Sequence record: MK250028.1
Length of the DNA: 64,000 bases
Strand: one strand, 5' to 3'
Shown here: positions 11,166 to 23,840 of the stretch, in pieces
How the letters are laid out: each line of letters starts with the position of its first letter
Position numbering within the stretch: position 1 is the stretch's first letter
Notes under the pieces: model-generated
What the model saw: only the letters and a program-made list of their open reading frames with translations
Told to the model about the DNA's origin: nothing
Database searches by the model: none
Made by a program: the position numbers and the translations under genes

Positions 11166-11666
11166 ATGGATTATAAAAATATTATAGATACAATAACAAA
11201 ATATGTAGGTGATTATATAGCATCCCATGCAAATAGAAATGAATTACTTACAAGTTATGATTCTGTTAATAAGATAGATGAAGCTATAAAGAATATAGAT
11301 AATACTCTTAATTCTATAGATGATTCTGAATTATCAGAAAAACTTAAAGATTATAAACAAAAGAAGGAGGAAGAAAAACGAACTATAATGAATGACCTCA
11401 TGTATAAAATATTACCAAAACAACCGGTAATTGATATGGATGATTATGTTAGAATACAAGATAATAAAGGAGAACATTTAATTCTTAAAAATGTTGATGA
11501 TTCTTTTATAGATCCTTTATTTCCTTCAAAAATAACGGCAGTTAAACAAAAGGAAAAGAAGAAAACTGTTACAAAAACAGCAAGAGAATATTATGATGAT
11601 TATTCATCAGGAGGATGTGGTAATACATATGGTTCTCCATATCATCATTGGAGTGGTGGATGTTAA
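11166..11666 (+). CDS. hypothetical protein (166 aa)
   Basis: ORF track; coiled-coil-like middle, C-terminal GGC repeats. Confidence 0.7.
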   Translation: MDYKNIIDTITKYVGDYIASHANRNELLTSYDSVNKIDEAIKNIDNTLNSIDDSELSEKLKDYKQKKEEEKRTIMNDLMYKILPKQPVIDMDDYVRIQDNKGEHLILKNVDDSFIDPLFPSKITAVKQKEKKKTVTKTAREYYDDYSSGGCGNTYGSPYHHWSGGC

Positions 11667-11698
11667 AAAATATAAAGTTTTAATATATAAAGATTATT

Positions 11699-12640
11699 AT
11701 GTCAAAAGAAGAAATAATTAATAGTTTTCCAGAACCATTATATGGTTATAATTTATCTAAAGATAAAGTTATAGAACTAATAGAGTTATGTATGAATTCT
11801 AAATCAGCTAATATATTAAATAATATTTTAACTGATTTTATTAATAAAAATGTTTCACATATTGATTTTATAATTAGGGAAGATGATATAGATACCGGTA
11901 TTTTAAGTAAAAAAGATATTGATAGTAATTTAAAATTCGATCAATTTATGGCATGGTATTATGGTTTTTCTGATTATAATAAAATCATGTATGATAAGTA
12001 TTCAGATTATTTAAAAGATAAACATGTTATTGCACCTAAATATTGTGTAAAAGATTGGTTTAATGATGTAATAAAGTATTATAAAGAGCAACATCAACCA
12101 ATTCATACGTTATATGATGCATGTAAAATTGCTGCTGATATGCTTTATAAAGATGTATTCAATGAAGAATATCAAAGTATGAGGACGTCATATCATAATG
12201 ATCAAACATTGATGTGTCAAGCATTAGGATCATATCTTAAACAGAAATATATGTATAAAGTAAGTGTTTCTCAAAAGAAATTGTTCTATAAGGAAACAAT
12301 GAGATGCCTTATGTTTCCACGATATTTTGGTTATAATAATGATTATCTTTCATATATATTTAAAAAAGGAAAGTATCCTCGTAAAACAAAGAAATTTCTT
12401 AATAATCCAAATAGTCATAATATTTCTGGCAAAAATAGATTTAATAAAATTAGAAGAAATAAAACACATATGAATATTAGGAAATTATATTCTGATTATG
12501 GTCCTCAAATGGATTTATATCATATATTTAAAAATTCAGGTATTCCTGAAGAAATAACAAATAAGATTTGTCCTTGGAAAGAATATGTATCTATAAACAT
12601 CGATGATATGTCAGTTAATGTAAACGGAACATTTTATTAA
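11699..12640 (+). CDS. hypothetical protein (313 aa)
   Basis: ORF track. Confidence 0.75.
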   Translation: MSKEEIINSFPEPLYGYNLSKDKVIELIELCMNSKSANILNNILTDFINKNVSHIDFIIREDDIDTGILSKKDIDSNLKFDQFMAWYYGFSDYNKIMYDKYSDYLKDKHVIAPKYCVKDWFNDVIKYYKEQHQPIHTLYDACKIAADMLYKDVFNEEYQSMRTSYHNDQTLMCQALGSYLKQKYMYKVSVSQKKLFYKETMRCLMFPRYFGYNNDYLSYIFKKGKYPRKTKKFLNNPNSHNISGKNRFNKIRRNKTHMNIRKLYSDYGPQMDLYHIFKNSGIPEEITNKICPWKEYVSINIDDMSVNVNGTFY

Positions 12641-12649
12641 ATTAAAATT

Positions 12650-13822
12650 ATGGAAGAAAAACAATAGATAAATGATGAATATATAATTTCTTTATTTTTC
12701 ACATCAACTACAATGCCACATAGAATAAGATCATCATCCAATAAAATAATTGAAAATAATAATGATATAAAAAAATATTTGTTACATAGATTTAACGATT
12801 CTAATAATTGTAGTTATAAAGAAATACTTCATAGAATAAAATATAATATAGAAGAAAAACCTAAATGCCCAATTTGTGGAAAATATGTAAAATATTATGG
12901 TCTTTCAAATATGTTATATGGGAAAACATGTTCACGTAAATGTCAATACGAATATATGAAAACCGATGAATTTCAAAATAAAATAGATCATTCATATATG
13001 AAAGATCCTAATATTATAAAAAGAATATAGGATAAACGAAAATTAAAAATGAATGAAATTAGAGAAAAGACAAAATAGACTCTTTTTGTCAGATATGGTG
13101 ATTCACATTATAATAATAGAAATAAATGTAAACAAACATTATTAGAAAAATATGGTGTTGATAATATAATGTAGTTAGATTTTGTAAAAGATAAAATAAA
13201 GAAAACAAATTTGATTCGTTATGGTGTTGAATGGTCAGCACAAAATAAGCAAATAAATCAAAAAACAATAGATACACAAATAAAAAAATATGGTGGTGTA
13301 TTTAATCCAGAAAAAGTAAGAAAAACAAATATTGAAAAATATGGAGTGGAAAAACCATTTATGTCTGAAGAAATTCAAAATAAAGTTGAAAATAAACGAG
13401 ATATTATTCAAAAGAAAACTAATATAACAAAACGTTTAAGAGGTACATTTAATACATCAAAACCTGAAAATGAATCTAAAACTTTATTAGAAAATAAATT
13501 TGGCATTAATAATGTATTAACTCAATATAAAACCGAATTATATCCATTTTATTGTGACTTTTATGTCAAATCATTAAATTTATATATAGAATGTAATTAT
13601 CATTGGACACATGGTGGTCATGTATTTAATGAAAATGATTTAAATGATATAGAAAAACTTAATAAATGGAAAAATAAAAATACAAAATTTTATAATACAG
13701 CAATAGATGTTTGGACTGTAAGAGATCCATTAAAAATAAAAACCGCATATGATAATAATTTAAATTATAAAACTTTTTATTCTTTAGATGAATTAAAACA
13801 ATATTTAGAAAATACATTATAA
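12650..13822 (+). CDS. TAG-recoded free-standing homing-type endonuclease (Zn module + KYG repeats + PD-(D/E)XK/Vsr-like domain; 390 aa, 4 TAG)
   Basis: One frame from ATG 12650 to TAA 13822 with TAG at 12665, 13028, 13076, 13172; CPICGK...CSRKC module, T-L-EKYG repeats, C-terminal FYCDFY...IECNYHWTH. Confidence 0.8.
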
Positions 13823-13847
13823 ATATAAGAAACTATAATTTTAATAA

Positions 13848-15272
13848 ATGAAAGTAACAACAAAGAAAGTTAAAGGTTTAGACGCACATATTATTGAAGA
13901 TAGTAATAAGAAAGTAGTAAGAACTATAACAGATTTTTTAAATACAGATTATAAGGATTATACAAAATATGTAATTGCTACAAGAGCATTACCGAGTCTT
14001 CTTGATGGATTTAAAGTAGGAGCTAGAAAGATTATGCATGCTGCTTTCCATGGAGGTATGAAAAATGGGTCTGAGATCAAGAATTTGAATTTGGTTGGCG
14101 ATGTTTATAATTTAACATTATATCAACATGGTGACGCGAGTTTGGTAAATACAATGTTTACAATGTCTGCAGAGTTCCGTGATAACCTGCATCCTATTAC
14201 CATAACTGGTCAACATGGTTCGTTACGTGATGAAAAAGCTGTTTCAGCTCCACGTTATCTTTATTGTAAGTTATCTCCATACGCAAAACTTTATAAAGTA
14301 GATGAAGATCTTCTTGAATATGTTTTTGATGAAGGTGCTTATCTTGAACCAGTAAATTATTGGCCTATTATTCCTACTGTTATTACTGCACGTGCAGAAG
14401 GTATGGCACCAGGTTATAAATTCAGTTCATTTTCTTATAACCCTATTGATATTATCGACGCATGTACAGAAGTATTGAATACTGGAGATATTAAAGAAAC
14501 TATTATTAGACCTTATGTTAGAGGTATTGAAGAAGATAGATTTACATTTGATAAAGATGCTGGTAAATGGTTGAATTCAGGTGTATATAAGGTAGATATT
14601 AAGAATGATATATTTCAGGTAACAGACCTTCCATATGATATGGGATTTGATAAGTTTGAGAAGAAACTTAATGATATGGTAGAAAAAGGGTATCTTAAGG
14701 ATTGGAAGAATTATTCTCAGGATGATAAGTTGAATTATTGGTTGATATTTCCTAAGAAACAACTTGAACGTGAGATGAAACCAGAACGTAAAGATAAACT
14801 TTTTAAGAAAATTGGATTATATACATATGTACCAGATGATTTACTTTATGTTCTTGATGAACATAAGAAAGTAAAGCATTTTATCAATAAGGAAGAACTT
14901 ATTAAATATTTTGTTAATATTCGTCTTAACAAATATAATGATAGGAAAGATAGATTAGTTTCTGTCATGGAAAAACGTTATGAGGAAAACAATAATATTT
15001 GTAAATTTATAGAATTAGTTAACAGTGGTGAATTAGTTATCTCTAATAGAAAGAGAAAAGATGTAAAGGATGATTTGAAGAAATATAATTTACCTGAAAC
15101 TGTATTACAAATTCAGATTTCTAAGTTAACTGATGAAGAGAAGAAAGAATTGATTAAGAAGAATAAGGAGATTGAAAAAGAACTTAAGTATATTAAGAAA
15201 ACAACTATTAAGGACATGTATCTTAATGATTTAAGTGAATTGAGAAAATCTCTTGAAAATGATTTTAAATAA
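13848..15272 (+). CDS. gp52: DNA topoisomerase II breakage-reunion subunit (T4 gp52/GyrA/ParC-like)
   Basis: RALPSLLDGFKVGARK, YQHGDASL, SAPRY active-site Tyr. Confidence 0.95.
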   Translation: MKVTTKKVKGLDAHIIEDSNKKVVRTITDFLNTDYKDYTKYVIATRALPSLLDGFKVGARKIMHAAFHGGMKNGSEIKNLNLVGDVYNLTLYQHGDASLVNTMFTMSAEFRDNLHPITITGQHGSLRDEKAVSAPRYLYCKLSPYAKLYKVDEDLLEYVFDEGAYLEPVNYWPIIPTVITARAEGMAPGYKFSSFSYNPIDIIDACTEVLNTGDIKETIIRPYVRGIEEDRFTFDKDAGKWLNSGVYKVDIKNDIFQVTDLPYDMGFDKFEKKLNDMVEKGYLKDWKNYSQDDKLNYWLIFPKKQLEREMKPERKDKLFKKIGLYTYVPDDLLYVLDEHKKVKHFINKEELIKYFVNIRLNKYNDRKDRLVSVMEKRYEENNNICKFIELVNSGELVISNRKRKDVKDDLKKYNLPETVLQIQISKLTDEEKKELIKKNKEIEKELKYIKKTTIKDMYLNDLSELRKSLENDFK

Positions 15273-16036
15273 TGATAGATAATCTTTTTGATGATGATAT
15301 TTTAATTGGTGATGATTCATCTTCTGTATTTAATGATACAGGAGTTGAATCATTAACTAATTTAATAGGTAATAATATTACGGAACTTAAGAAAAATTCA
15401 TATCTTAATATGAGAGGAACTAATTATGATGTATGGAGAGCATATCTTAATGAGACAAAAGGAAGATACCATGATGGATATTGGAATAGTTTTTCATATA
15501 ATGTAAATGATCCTTATAATGTTACATTAAAAATTAAATCATTAAATGGATTTAAATTTCATAATAGACAAACAAATTATAGATTAGGTATTTTAGACAT
15601 TAATTTATTTAGATGCATTCCATATATACAGAAGATAGAATTAGAACCAATATATGATGATAGAACAATATTTAATGATATTATCTTTATGAATATGTTA
15701 AATAACAATAAACATAAAGATAATAATATGATAGATAAATCATTTGTTGATAATTTACAATGGTTAGAAGAAATACGGAATGAATATCAAATAAAGAATA
15801 ATATATCACAGTATATAGTATTTCAAGGATGTGTATTTGATGTTGATGCAATTCAATATTTAAATGATAATATTCCAGATAATTTTGATATTATCATAAC
15901 TTCAGACTGTGATATATTTATGAATGATGAATATATAAATGTTTTTAGATTACCATTGATGTTTAATACTAATTTTGATTGGAATACATGTAATAAAATA
16001 TCATTATATAGAGAACCTATATTTAAAATTCATTAA
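15272..16036 (+). CDS. hypothetical protein with LFDDD acidic N-terminal motif (254 aa)
   Basis: ORF track; starts MIDNLFDDDILIGDD. Confidence 0.75.
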   Translation: MIDNLFDDDILIGDDSSSVFNDTGVESLTNLIGNNITELKKNSYLNMRGTNYDVWRAYLNETKGRYHDGYWNSFSYNVNDPYNVTLKIKSLNGFKFHNRQTNYRLGILDINLFRCIPYIQKIELEPIYDDRTIFNDIIFMNMLNNNKHKDNNMIDKSFVDNLQWLEEIRNEYQIKNNISQYIVFQGCVFDVDAIQYLNDNIPDNFDIIITSDCDIFMNDEYINVFRLPLMFNTNFDWNTCNKISLYREPIFKIH

Positions 16037-16353
16037 AAAAGACCATTGTTTATAGAATTATTATCTTTTGTTAACTCATAAGCATATTCAATTAATTCTG
16101 ATGATGATTTACATTCAATAAGAATAACTTTAGACATCATACTATCTAAATATCCTTTATTTATATTTTCATATACAGGATATTTGTTATGTTCAAAGTC
16201 TTTATGAATAATAAGATATGGACAAAAACTAAAGTCGGATAAGTATGTTTCTGGATAACCTAATTTATGAAGTTTATCTAATAATTTTTTAATATCTTCT
16301 ACAATATGTAAATCAATATAATATATTTTATAAAACATTTTAATAATTTTCAT
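16033..16353 (-). CDS. hypothetical protein (106 aa)
   Basis: ORF track. Confidence 0.55.
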   Translation of the reverse strand: MKIIKMFYKIYYIDLHIVEDIKKLLDKLHKLGYPETYLSDFSFCPYLIIHKDFEHNKYPVYENINKGYLDSMMSKVILIECKSSSELIEYAYELTKDNNSINNGLF

Positions 16354-16388
16354 TTATAAATTATATAACAGAAATTAGTAAAAGATTT

Positions 16389-16697
16389 ATGGAAACTAAG
16401 AAAAGAATAGAATTATATAATAGATATTATAAAGGTGTTTATCTTGAGCAAATATCTGAACATGAATATCAGTTACATGGACCAGATGAAATATTTCATT
16501 ATATGAGAGTCGGATTTAATAATGATATTAATTGTAAACCAGATTATACAGATATTAATTTTATAGATCCAGATGGAGGACCATTTTTGAGTGTAGGAAA
16601 TAAAATAGATGAAGATAAAATTATCACATCTATTATTAGTATGAAAATTGAAAATAAATGTGTATATATTCTAGAAATTAAAAAGGAAGATCAATGA
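16389..16697 (+). CDS. hypothetical protein (102 aa)
   Basis: ORF track; ends in TGA inside a terminator hairpin. Confidence 0.7.
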   Translation: METKKRIELYNRYYKGVYLEQISEHEYQLHGPDEIFHYMRVGFNNDINCKPDYTDINFIDPDGGPFLSVGNKIDEDKIITSIISMKIENKCVYILEIKKEDQ

Positions 16698-16710
16698 TGA
16701 TCTTCCTTTT
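16681..16710. terminator. bidirectional terminator
   Basis: AAAAGGAAGATCA-ATGA-TGATCTTCCTTTT; outer stem matches the 7730 terminator. Confidence 0.7.
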
Positions 16711-16721
16711 ATATATTGTTA

Positions 16722-17846
16722 TTAATCGAAAATATCATGATATTGTTCTAAAGCATAATCTGATAGTTTAACAGTTATACATGAATTAGGAGTTGCATTT
16801 CTTAATATTATAGGATCTTTTGCCGTATTTTCATTATTTGCAAATCTTGTATCTATCATAGCATAAAAATCAAATGTTATACCCTTTGATGTTAATTCAT
16901 ATTCAGCAGAATCATCTTCTTTTTCTAATTCATTTAATGGATATATATCTTTCTATAATAACCATAATAAGAATACAGGTATTTTATATTGCTTTGATAC
17001 CTTTGATGCATTAATAGATTTATTCCAGTTAAAATACATAACTCCATAAGGCTCATTATTTTTATCTAAATCAAAATATTTAATAAATTGCGTTATTCCT
17101 GTACCTACTGTTTTTTTATACCTATTTTTTAAAAATGATAATCGTTTTTCTCTATCTTTAGTATTCTTAATGATATTTTTCTAATCATCAGAATCCTTCT
17201 CATCATATATAACTTTACCTGTTAATTTAATGGTTGCAATATCTTTAAATGAATATCTACCTTCATTTGTATATCGATGTTCCATAAAAATTATGCCTTC
17301 ATCTTCAGATAATAATATTTTATGACAATACATATCTTTTTTAAATATATCTTGAATAATTGACGGCATTTTAGGAAATGTATGACATACCCAAATTGTA
17401 TACTTTTCAATATCAGCATTATATGCATTAAACATTGGTTGCCCTGGTGAAGGAAAATTATAATTTGGACGAAGTAATTTCTGAGCTTTCATATAATCTA
17501 TGCCATGTGTAAATGCATATGGACAATTTGATGCTGTATATTCAGTAAATCCTTTTGCTTTAAGTTGGTTCATTACTTTTTCTCCATATGCATCCATACC
17601 ATATGATATTTTACTTTCATGTGTTAATATTTGATTTCCATCCTTATCTCTATCATATTTCCATGCACGAGGCTTATCAACACCTAATAAATCTATGATA
17701 ACTGGTTTTAAATCATTCGATGCTATTTTTGATGATATTTCCTAATCTATTAAGCCTGTATTTTCTTCATCTCCTAAAATATCATCATCAAATAGATCGG
17801 ACGATGATTCATATAATTTTAATAACTTATATATATTCTTTTTCAT
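16722..17846 (-). CDS. TAG-recoded hypothetical protein (374 aa, 3 TAG)
   Basis: Manually translated ATG 17846 to TAA 16722; homologous to the C-terminal part of 39811..41436 (KPRxWKY, LSxDEG, TGxVxxYDEKD). Confidence 0.85.
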
Positions 17847-17888
17847 ATATTAATATTCTTATATTATGTATAATATTTATTAAATAAA

Positions 17889-17926
17889 AAAGAACTGTAA
17901 ATCTTTTTGATAATTTACAGTTCTTT
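17889..17926. terminator. intrinsic terminator
   Basis: AAAGAACTGTAAAT...ATTTACAGTTCTTT hairpin downstream of the fibre gene. Confidence 0.7.
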
Positions 17927-17944
17927 AATTTATGTATTATTATA

Positions 17945-20900
17945 TTAACTTGCTAATATAAGAAGTATTGGTGTAAGTGCTGCAGACTTCCATATAGCAT
18001 AGAATGTTTTATTCGATGTAATTGCAGCTGAATTACCTGATGTGCTTCCGGAAGTTGCAGAATTTGATTCTGCCCAACCTTGGAATGTATATCCAGATTT
18101 AGTAGGTGTATAAGTACTGAATGATACTGTACTACCGGATTCAACAGATTGAGTAGGATTAGTGGTTGAACTATTATATGTACCACCATTAAGATTCCAT
18201 GTAACTGTAAATACTTGTTTCCATGCGGCATAATAAGGTGTAGCAGTTTTAATTGTAACAGTAGAAGTTGAACCTGATGTTGCAGAACTTGTTTCTGCCC
18301 ATCCTTTAAAGTTATATCCACTTCTCGTTGGAGTATAACTGCCTAAATTGATTGATTTTACATATATAACATATGGACTGGTTGTATATGTTGTATCACT
18401 TACTACTAATGAACCACCATTTGGATAAAGGCTAACTTTAGCTGATACATATGTAAACTATGTATATACAGATGTCGCAGTTGTTATTGCTGTTTCTGTT
18501 TTTGAAATTAAAGTACCACCGTATGGTTTTGTATACCATGCTGCAGTATATCGTATGAACGTAGCATCTTCAATAATATCAGCAAATGATGCTGGCGCTG
18601 ATAATTCATTATATTTTGTACCTTTTTTAACAGAACTTTTTTTATCTTCCGCTGTACCATCTGCCCATATTACCACAGCACCATTTGTGTGATTTCTCCA
18701 TGTAATTGTAACAGAATCTTTAGACCATGTTGCATAATATGTTTTTGCTTCTGAAACTTTCTATGAACCTGTTAATGTTCCAGATGTGTCAGTATCTCTT
18801 ATATTCCATCCTGCAAATGTATAATCAGTTTTAACAGGTTTATAATCATCATATTTAAATGATGTTACGTAAATTTCCCATTTTGTTGATTTATCTGAAC
18901 TAGATACTTGTCCGCCATTACAATCTAATATAACTTTATAATTTGTACTGAAATGTAAATAGAATGTAGTATCACCTGTTACTGTAGTGTCATTATCTTT
19001 AATAACTATATTACCAGTTTCAGTAGTATACCAACTTCCATTTGACTTATATTGCTCTGTTTTGTCTGAATTATATAAAGTAACCTTAACACCTGTAGGA
19101 ATAGATATATCTTTGTATTTTGTACCATAGTTTTCTGTTGTCGTTGTTGATGATTCATATGTTTGGTCATCTTTAGAATAGAAATTATATATAGGGTAAC
19201 TCTTCCATTCTATTGTATAACTTCTTGTTGAATTTGAATATATAGCATATAATGTTATTGAACCTGATGGATTTGTCAAACTATAAGGGAATGTTATAGT
19301 ATTTATAGAACTTGATGTTTCACCCCAGCCTTTAAACGTATATGTTTCAGAAGTTGTATTAGTTTTTGTAGGATTTGAACCATATGCATTTATTGTTTTC
19401 CCATATGTTCCTTTAGATGTTTGAGATAATTTTCCGTCATCCCATGTACCACCATTACCATTCCATGTAATTGTTATATTTGTTACAGCCCAAGTTGCAT
19501 AAAAATCCCAGACTATTCCTTGTTTATTATTTACACTAAGTGGAAATGTGTTTGAATAACATAATAAACCTGCATTAGTACACCATGTTTTAAATGTATA
19601 ATTTGTTTTTGTTGGATAGTTATTATATCCTAAATCAGAAGGTTGACATTTAAATGTTTTTCCATGATAATCATATATAGTAGATGTTGTTGTACTAGTT
19701 TTATCAGTTTTTGTAAATGTACCTCCTTTTGGGTCCCAATATACTTTAATATATGCGTCAGGTTGCGTCCATCGAGCATATAATGTAATGTCACTTTGTA
19801 ATGTAGATGAACTAGATACAGCGTTACCGTCTGTTTTAGTGGAATAATTATTAGCAAATGTATATTTATAATTACTTCCATCTATCCATGTTGGTGTTTC
19901 ATCCGGAGTTAAATCTGTATATTTAGTACCTTCACTAAATTTTTTTGTTACAGTTGTATCTGTTATTGCGGAACCATTTCTATACCATTTTGCATATGAA
20001 TTATTGATGCTAAATGTTACTGTATATGTTGTTGTATTACCTGTTTGTGATAATGTCGCCGTTCCAGTAAGGCCATTATAACTACCAGTAAATGTATATT
20101 TTCTACTGTCTTTACTTGTACCTAAATTTGGGATAGTGACACTTGAATCTGATACAGTAATACTATTATCAGTAGTACTCGAACCAATTTTATATGAGCC
20201 GGTAAAAGTAGTGACGTTAGTAACAGTTGTATCCGTATCTTTTGTACTTGTAGCTCCAGATGTCCATGATACATTATATGTTTTCGTCAGTACTGCTTTT
20301 AATGTTGCCGAACCACCTTTATAATCATAAGTAGTAGGGTCTACAGATACCTTTAGTTTAGATGATGATTCTATAGATGCCTGTGTTCCAGAATTACCCT
20401 ATCGTGTAAGTGTTGCAGTAGATGTAGCTGTTAATATTGTACCTGAATTATTTTTAACATCATATTGTTTCCCATCATATGTATGTTTAAGGCTTTTAAC
20501 TGTTACAGAAATTGTAGCGTAACTATTATTAGCTGATGCTGTAGTTGTACCTAAAGATTCAGCTGTTTTAGATGTTGGTGTAAATGTATACATTGAATTA
20601 GTTAAGTCACTTAATGACCAATTTACAGTTTCCTATGAAGTCTTACCTTCCATAGAAGTATAATGCCATATATATGTACCCTTCAATGTACAATCAGTTG
20701 CTGTTATAGTCCCTCCTGATGCTGGAAAATGATAACCAGATGAACCTTTTGCATAACTAAATGTTGTAATATTCAAATCAGTATAATAGAAAGCTTTAGA
20801 TGTATCAGGACCATCTAATTTCTGAGTTACTGTAGCTTCATTAGATTTTATATTATCATATGTTGTTTGAAATTTTATAGTTCTTGCAGATGATGTTGCA

Positions 20901-21946
20901 GGTATTGTATATGATCCTCCTCTTATATTAGTTGTTCCAGATATACCAGATACCGTATAATTACTATTAGCACTTAATGTTTCTGGACCTTGATTTGCAT
21001 CAGTTCCACCACCGGATGTTGAACCAGAAGAATATTGATATACAGTTTTATGTAATGTATATTTTCTACTTAAACTAAATGTTACAGTTCCACCGGAGCT
21101 ATATACTACAGTTGGACTTACAGAAAGAATAACGCTTTCTGTTGTTTTAGTTTCCCCTGTTTTAACTGATTTTACATTAGCGTCTTGTTTAACAGTAAAT
21201 TCAGGGTGTGTTAGTGTAACACTATCTATTGTTGTTGATTTTTGGATAGTTCCGCCTGCGGCAATTGTTTTAACATTTGTTACACCTGATTCTGTTGTAC
21301 CTTTTGTTGTTGCCGAAACGGTTGTAAACGTAACAGTTTCAGAAGCATCTTCTGTTTCACCGGAATTGAATGTTTTTCTGTATGTTAATTTACCAGAACT
21401 TACAGTTCCACCAGATGCAGGAATATTATCAACTGTGATAACGGCATTATCTAATTTAGTTACATACTTATCACGTTTTGTTTGAGTAATTGTTATATTT
21501 GCTTGTTCATGTATATCGCCACGTAACCCAACTGCATATATTATAATAGTTCTATCTGATGAAGCATTATCTCTTTGTTCAAATGTAACACTAAAAGGAT
21601 TATTATATGTATTTTGACCATACTAAGTTGGTGTATTATTTATTTTACAACCTGATGTCTCACCACTTTTAAAAGAGGCATTAGGATAGTTATATACTCT
21701 TTCTTCTGTTCTTGTAGAAAAGCCTTCGCGTATTAAATATGTCTCTTTACGATATAAATTAAATGTTTGTGTTGTACCACCTTCCCATGATATATTAGGT
21801 ACAGTATTTGGGTCAGAACCGTATTCTGTTTTAATTAAAGTTTCTGTTTTCTTTACATAGAATCTTTTACTGCTTTTCTAACCTTCCCATGATACGTGAC
21901 TATTTTTCTAAACATCTATTGCCTAATTACTATTTTTTATAATCAT
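17945..21946 (-). CDS. TAG-recoded tail fibre/adhesin-like protein with PASGG repeats and InlB-B (Listeria-Bacteroides, Flg_new) repeats (1333 aa, 8 TAG)
   Basis: Single frame ATG 21946 to TAA 17945 interrupted only by TAG; Thr/Ser-rich; repeated PT(K/R)xGYxFxGW...T(L/F)YAxW units; IPASGGT/FPASGGT. Confidence 0.8.
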
Positions 21947-21964
21947 GATTAAATAATATTATTT

Positions 21965-23035
21965 TTAAAACTAATCCTTATATGCATTATATGTAGCAAT
22001 TACATCTTTAAGATGAATATCAGGGAATAATTGTAATTTTTTCAATACCTATATATAATCCTATCTATTATAATATATATTTCTAGATATTCTATAAGGA
22101 TTCTTTCCAGTTATAACAGATATTAGAATATCGTCATTAAATGAAAGTTGCATATCTTTATAATCTCTATTCTTCGCACATATAAATAAAGCAGCAAGTC
22201 TCGCAACCATTTTATCAGGATTTGTTATCTTATCAAAACCACTATACTTACCGGTCATTAAGCATTTATCCATACGATCAATGTCTTTCTATGTAACTTT
22301 ATATACTTTACCTGTACATGTTAATTCATCAGCAAGTCTCTTTGTGCTAAATATAGTTTCAACTTGTCCTTTTAATGCAATACTAATTTCATTAATTTTC
22401 TTATTTACATTTGAAAACTATTCTTGATTAATCTTATCAATAACTTTATTAATAGGCGCATTTTTATCTTTATCACCTGGTCGGCGTAAAGGCGTTGATG
22501 GATATTTAATTAATTTCCATATAACTTTATAATCTGTTCCAAAATTATTAAATACAACAGCCCATGATTTTAATACTTTTTCTTTATTTCTATATGTAAT
22601 AGTATAAGGTTCCTATTTAATTGTAAATTCAATTTTTTTACTCTATTCCGAACCTATATAACATATAAAATAATATACTTCCTGAAATTTTCCTGTTTCT
22701 GGATCAATAACTGAATTACGGTTAATTATAACCATTTTATTTTTATCAGATAATTTATCTTTATCCATCTTTGATGCCCAAAAGAAACCATTATCCGTAC
22801 ATCTATCTATTTCATTCATAACAGCTACTACTGTATTGATTACCTAATTATTTAAATCGTATTTATTAATAAAATATTCATTTACCTCTTCTTGATTATC
22901 ACACTATCCTAACGATGTTATCTTTGTAGCATTTGAAATTAATTCAGATGTTTTATTTGATGCATCATCATTATATAAATCATCAAATTCATCATCAAAT
23001 AAACTTTCCAATAAAAGTTTGATATTCTTGTTCAT
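21965..23035 (-). CDS. TAG-recoded hypothetical protein (356 aa, 9 TAG)
   Basis: Manually translated; leader MNKNIKLLLESLFDDEFDD; includes track fragment 22061..22273. Confidence 0.8.
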
Positions 23036-23111
23036 AAAACGTTAAAAAATACTTTTATTATTTATTTTTGATATATTTTCATTAATGTGTTTTCTTATTT
23101 CAAATAAATGT

Positions 23112-23123
23112 TGTATCTTTGTA
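23112..23123 (+). promoter_or_regulatory. TAnnTTTG promoter element
   Basis: TGTATCTTTGTA upstream of 23149; heads the run of genes containing the TonB-dependent receptor. Confidence 0.65.
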
Positions 23124-23148
23124 TTGAATTAAATTAAACAATTAAGTT

Positions 23149-23526
23149 ATGATATTAAATATTGATAATTATGAAATATTAAACTTTTATGGATATACGT
23201 CTGTTATTAAACAGGATGAACGTATCTATGAAGTTTCATCATTAGATAATTCACCCAATGAACATATGCGATATGAGAAGTTAAATATTTTTTATAATAA
23301 AATAATAGATAAAATAAGAAATAAAATAGATAAGACAAATATTTTATATTATATATTAGACGATAATAAATGTGTATTTAAACTAAAACATGTTAAATCT
23401 GGAAACATTATCTATATCGGTAAATATGATTTTGAAATTTCCATAGGATTGGATTGTCATCAAAGATTTGGACATTCATATGATTTTATAACAAATAAGG
23501 AAACATATAAAACAGAAGAATTATGA
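23149..23526 (+). CDS. hypothetical protein (125 aa)
   Basis: ORF track. Confidence 0.7.
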   Translation: MILNIDNYEILNFYGYTSVIKQDERIYEVSSLDNSPNEHMRYEKLNIFYNKIIDKIRNKIDKTNILYYILDDNKCVFKLKHVKSGNIIYIGKYDFEISIGLDCHQRFGHSYDFITNKETYKTEEL

Positions 23527-23840
23527 TTATACATAATGCAAAGAATTGTAGAATTAAGGAAGAAGATAAACAAGTGTTAAAGAATGGAGGTATGTTCATT
23601 CTTATAACAATACTTATGATTGTTACTTATGCTTGTATTGTTATGCCTATTAGTATTATGCGAGAAAAGAAGTTTGTTGGTACTGATAATAAAACTGAAG
23701 CACAATTTAAAATTATATTGAGAGACAAATATATTGATGAAGATTTTGTTCAGCAAATTAGCACGAGCGGATGGAATTCATATGAAGTATATGATTCCAA
23801 TATGAAGAAACATAGAATTATATGGAAAGAAGTGGAATAA
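23523..23840 (+). CDS. membrane protein (105 aa)
   Basis: One hydrophobic segment (MFILITILMIVTYACIVMPISIM). Confidence 0.7.
   Translation: MIIHNAKNCRIKEEDKQVLKNGGMFILITILMIVTYACIVMPISIMREKKFVGTDNKTEAQFKIILRDKYIDEDFVQQISTSGWNSYEVYDSNMKKHRIIWKEVE

Noticed and set aside
17953-19881. Track ORFs 17953..18321 and 19630..19881 on the minus strand
   Set aside because: Out of frame with the continuous code-15 fibre gene that covers the region.
17945-21946. Diversity-generating retroelement acting on the fibre gene
   Set aside because: No reverse transcriptase and no template/variable repeat pair differing at adenines was seen.
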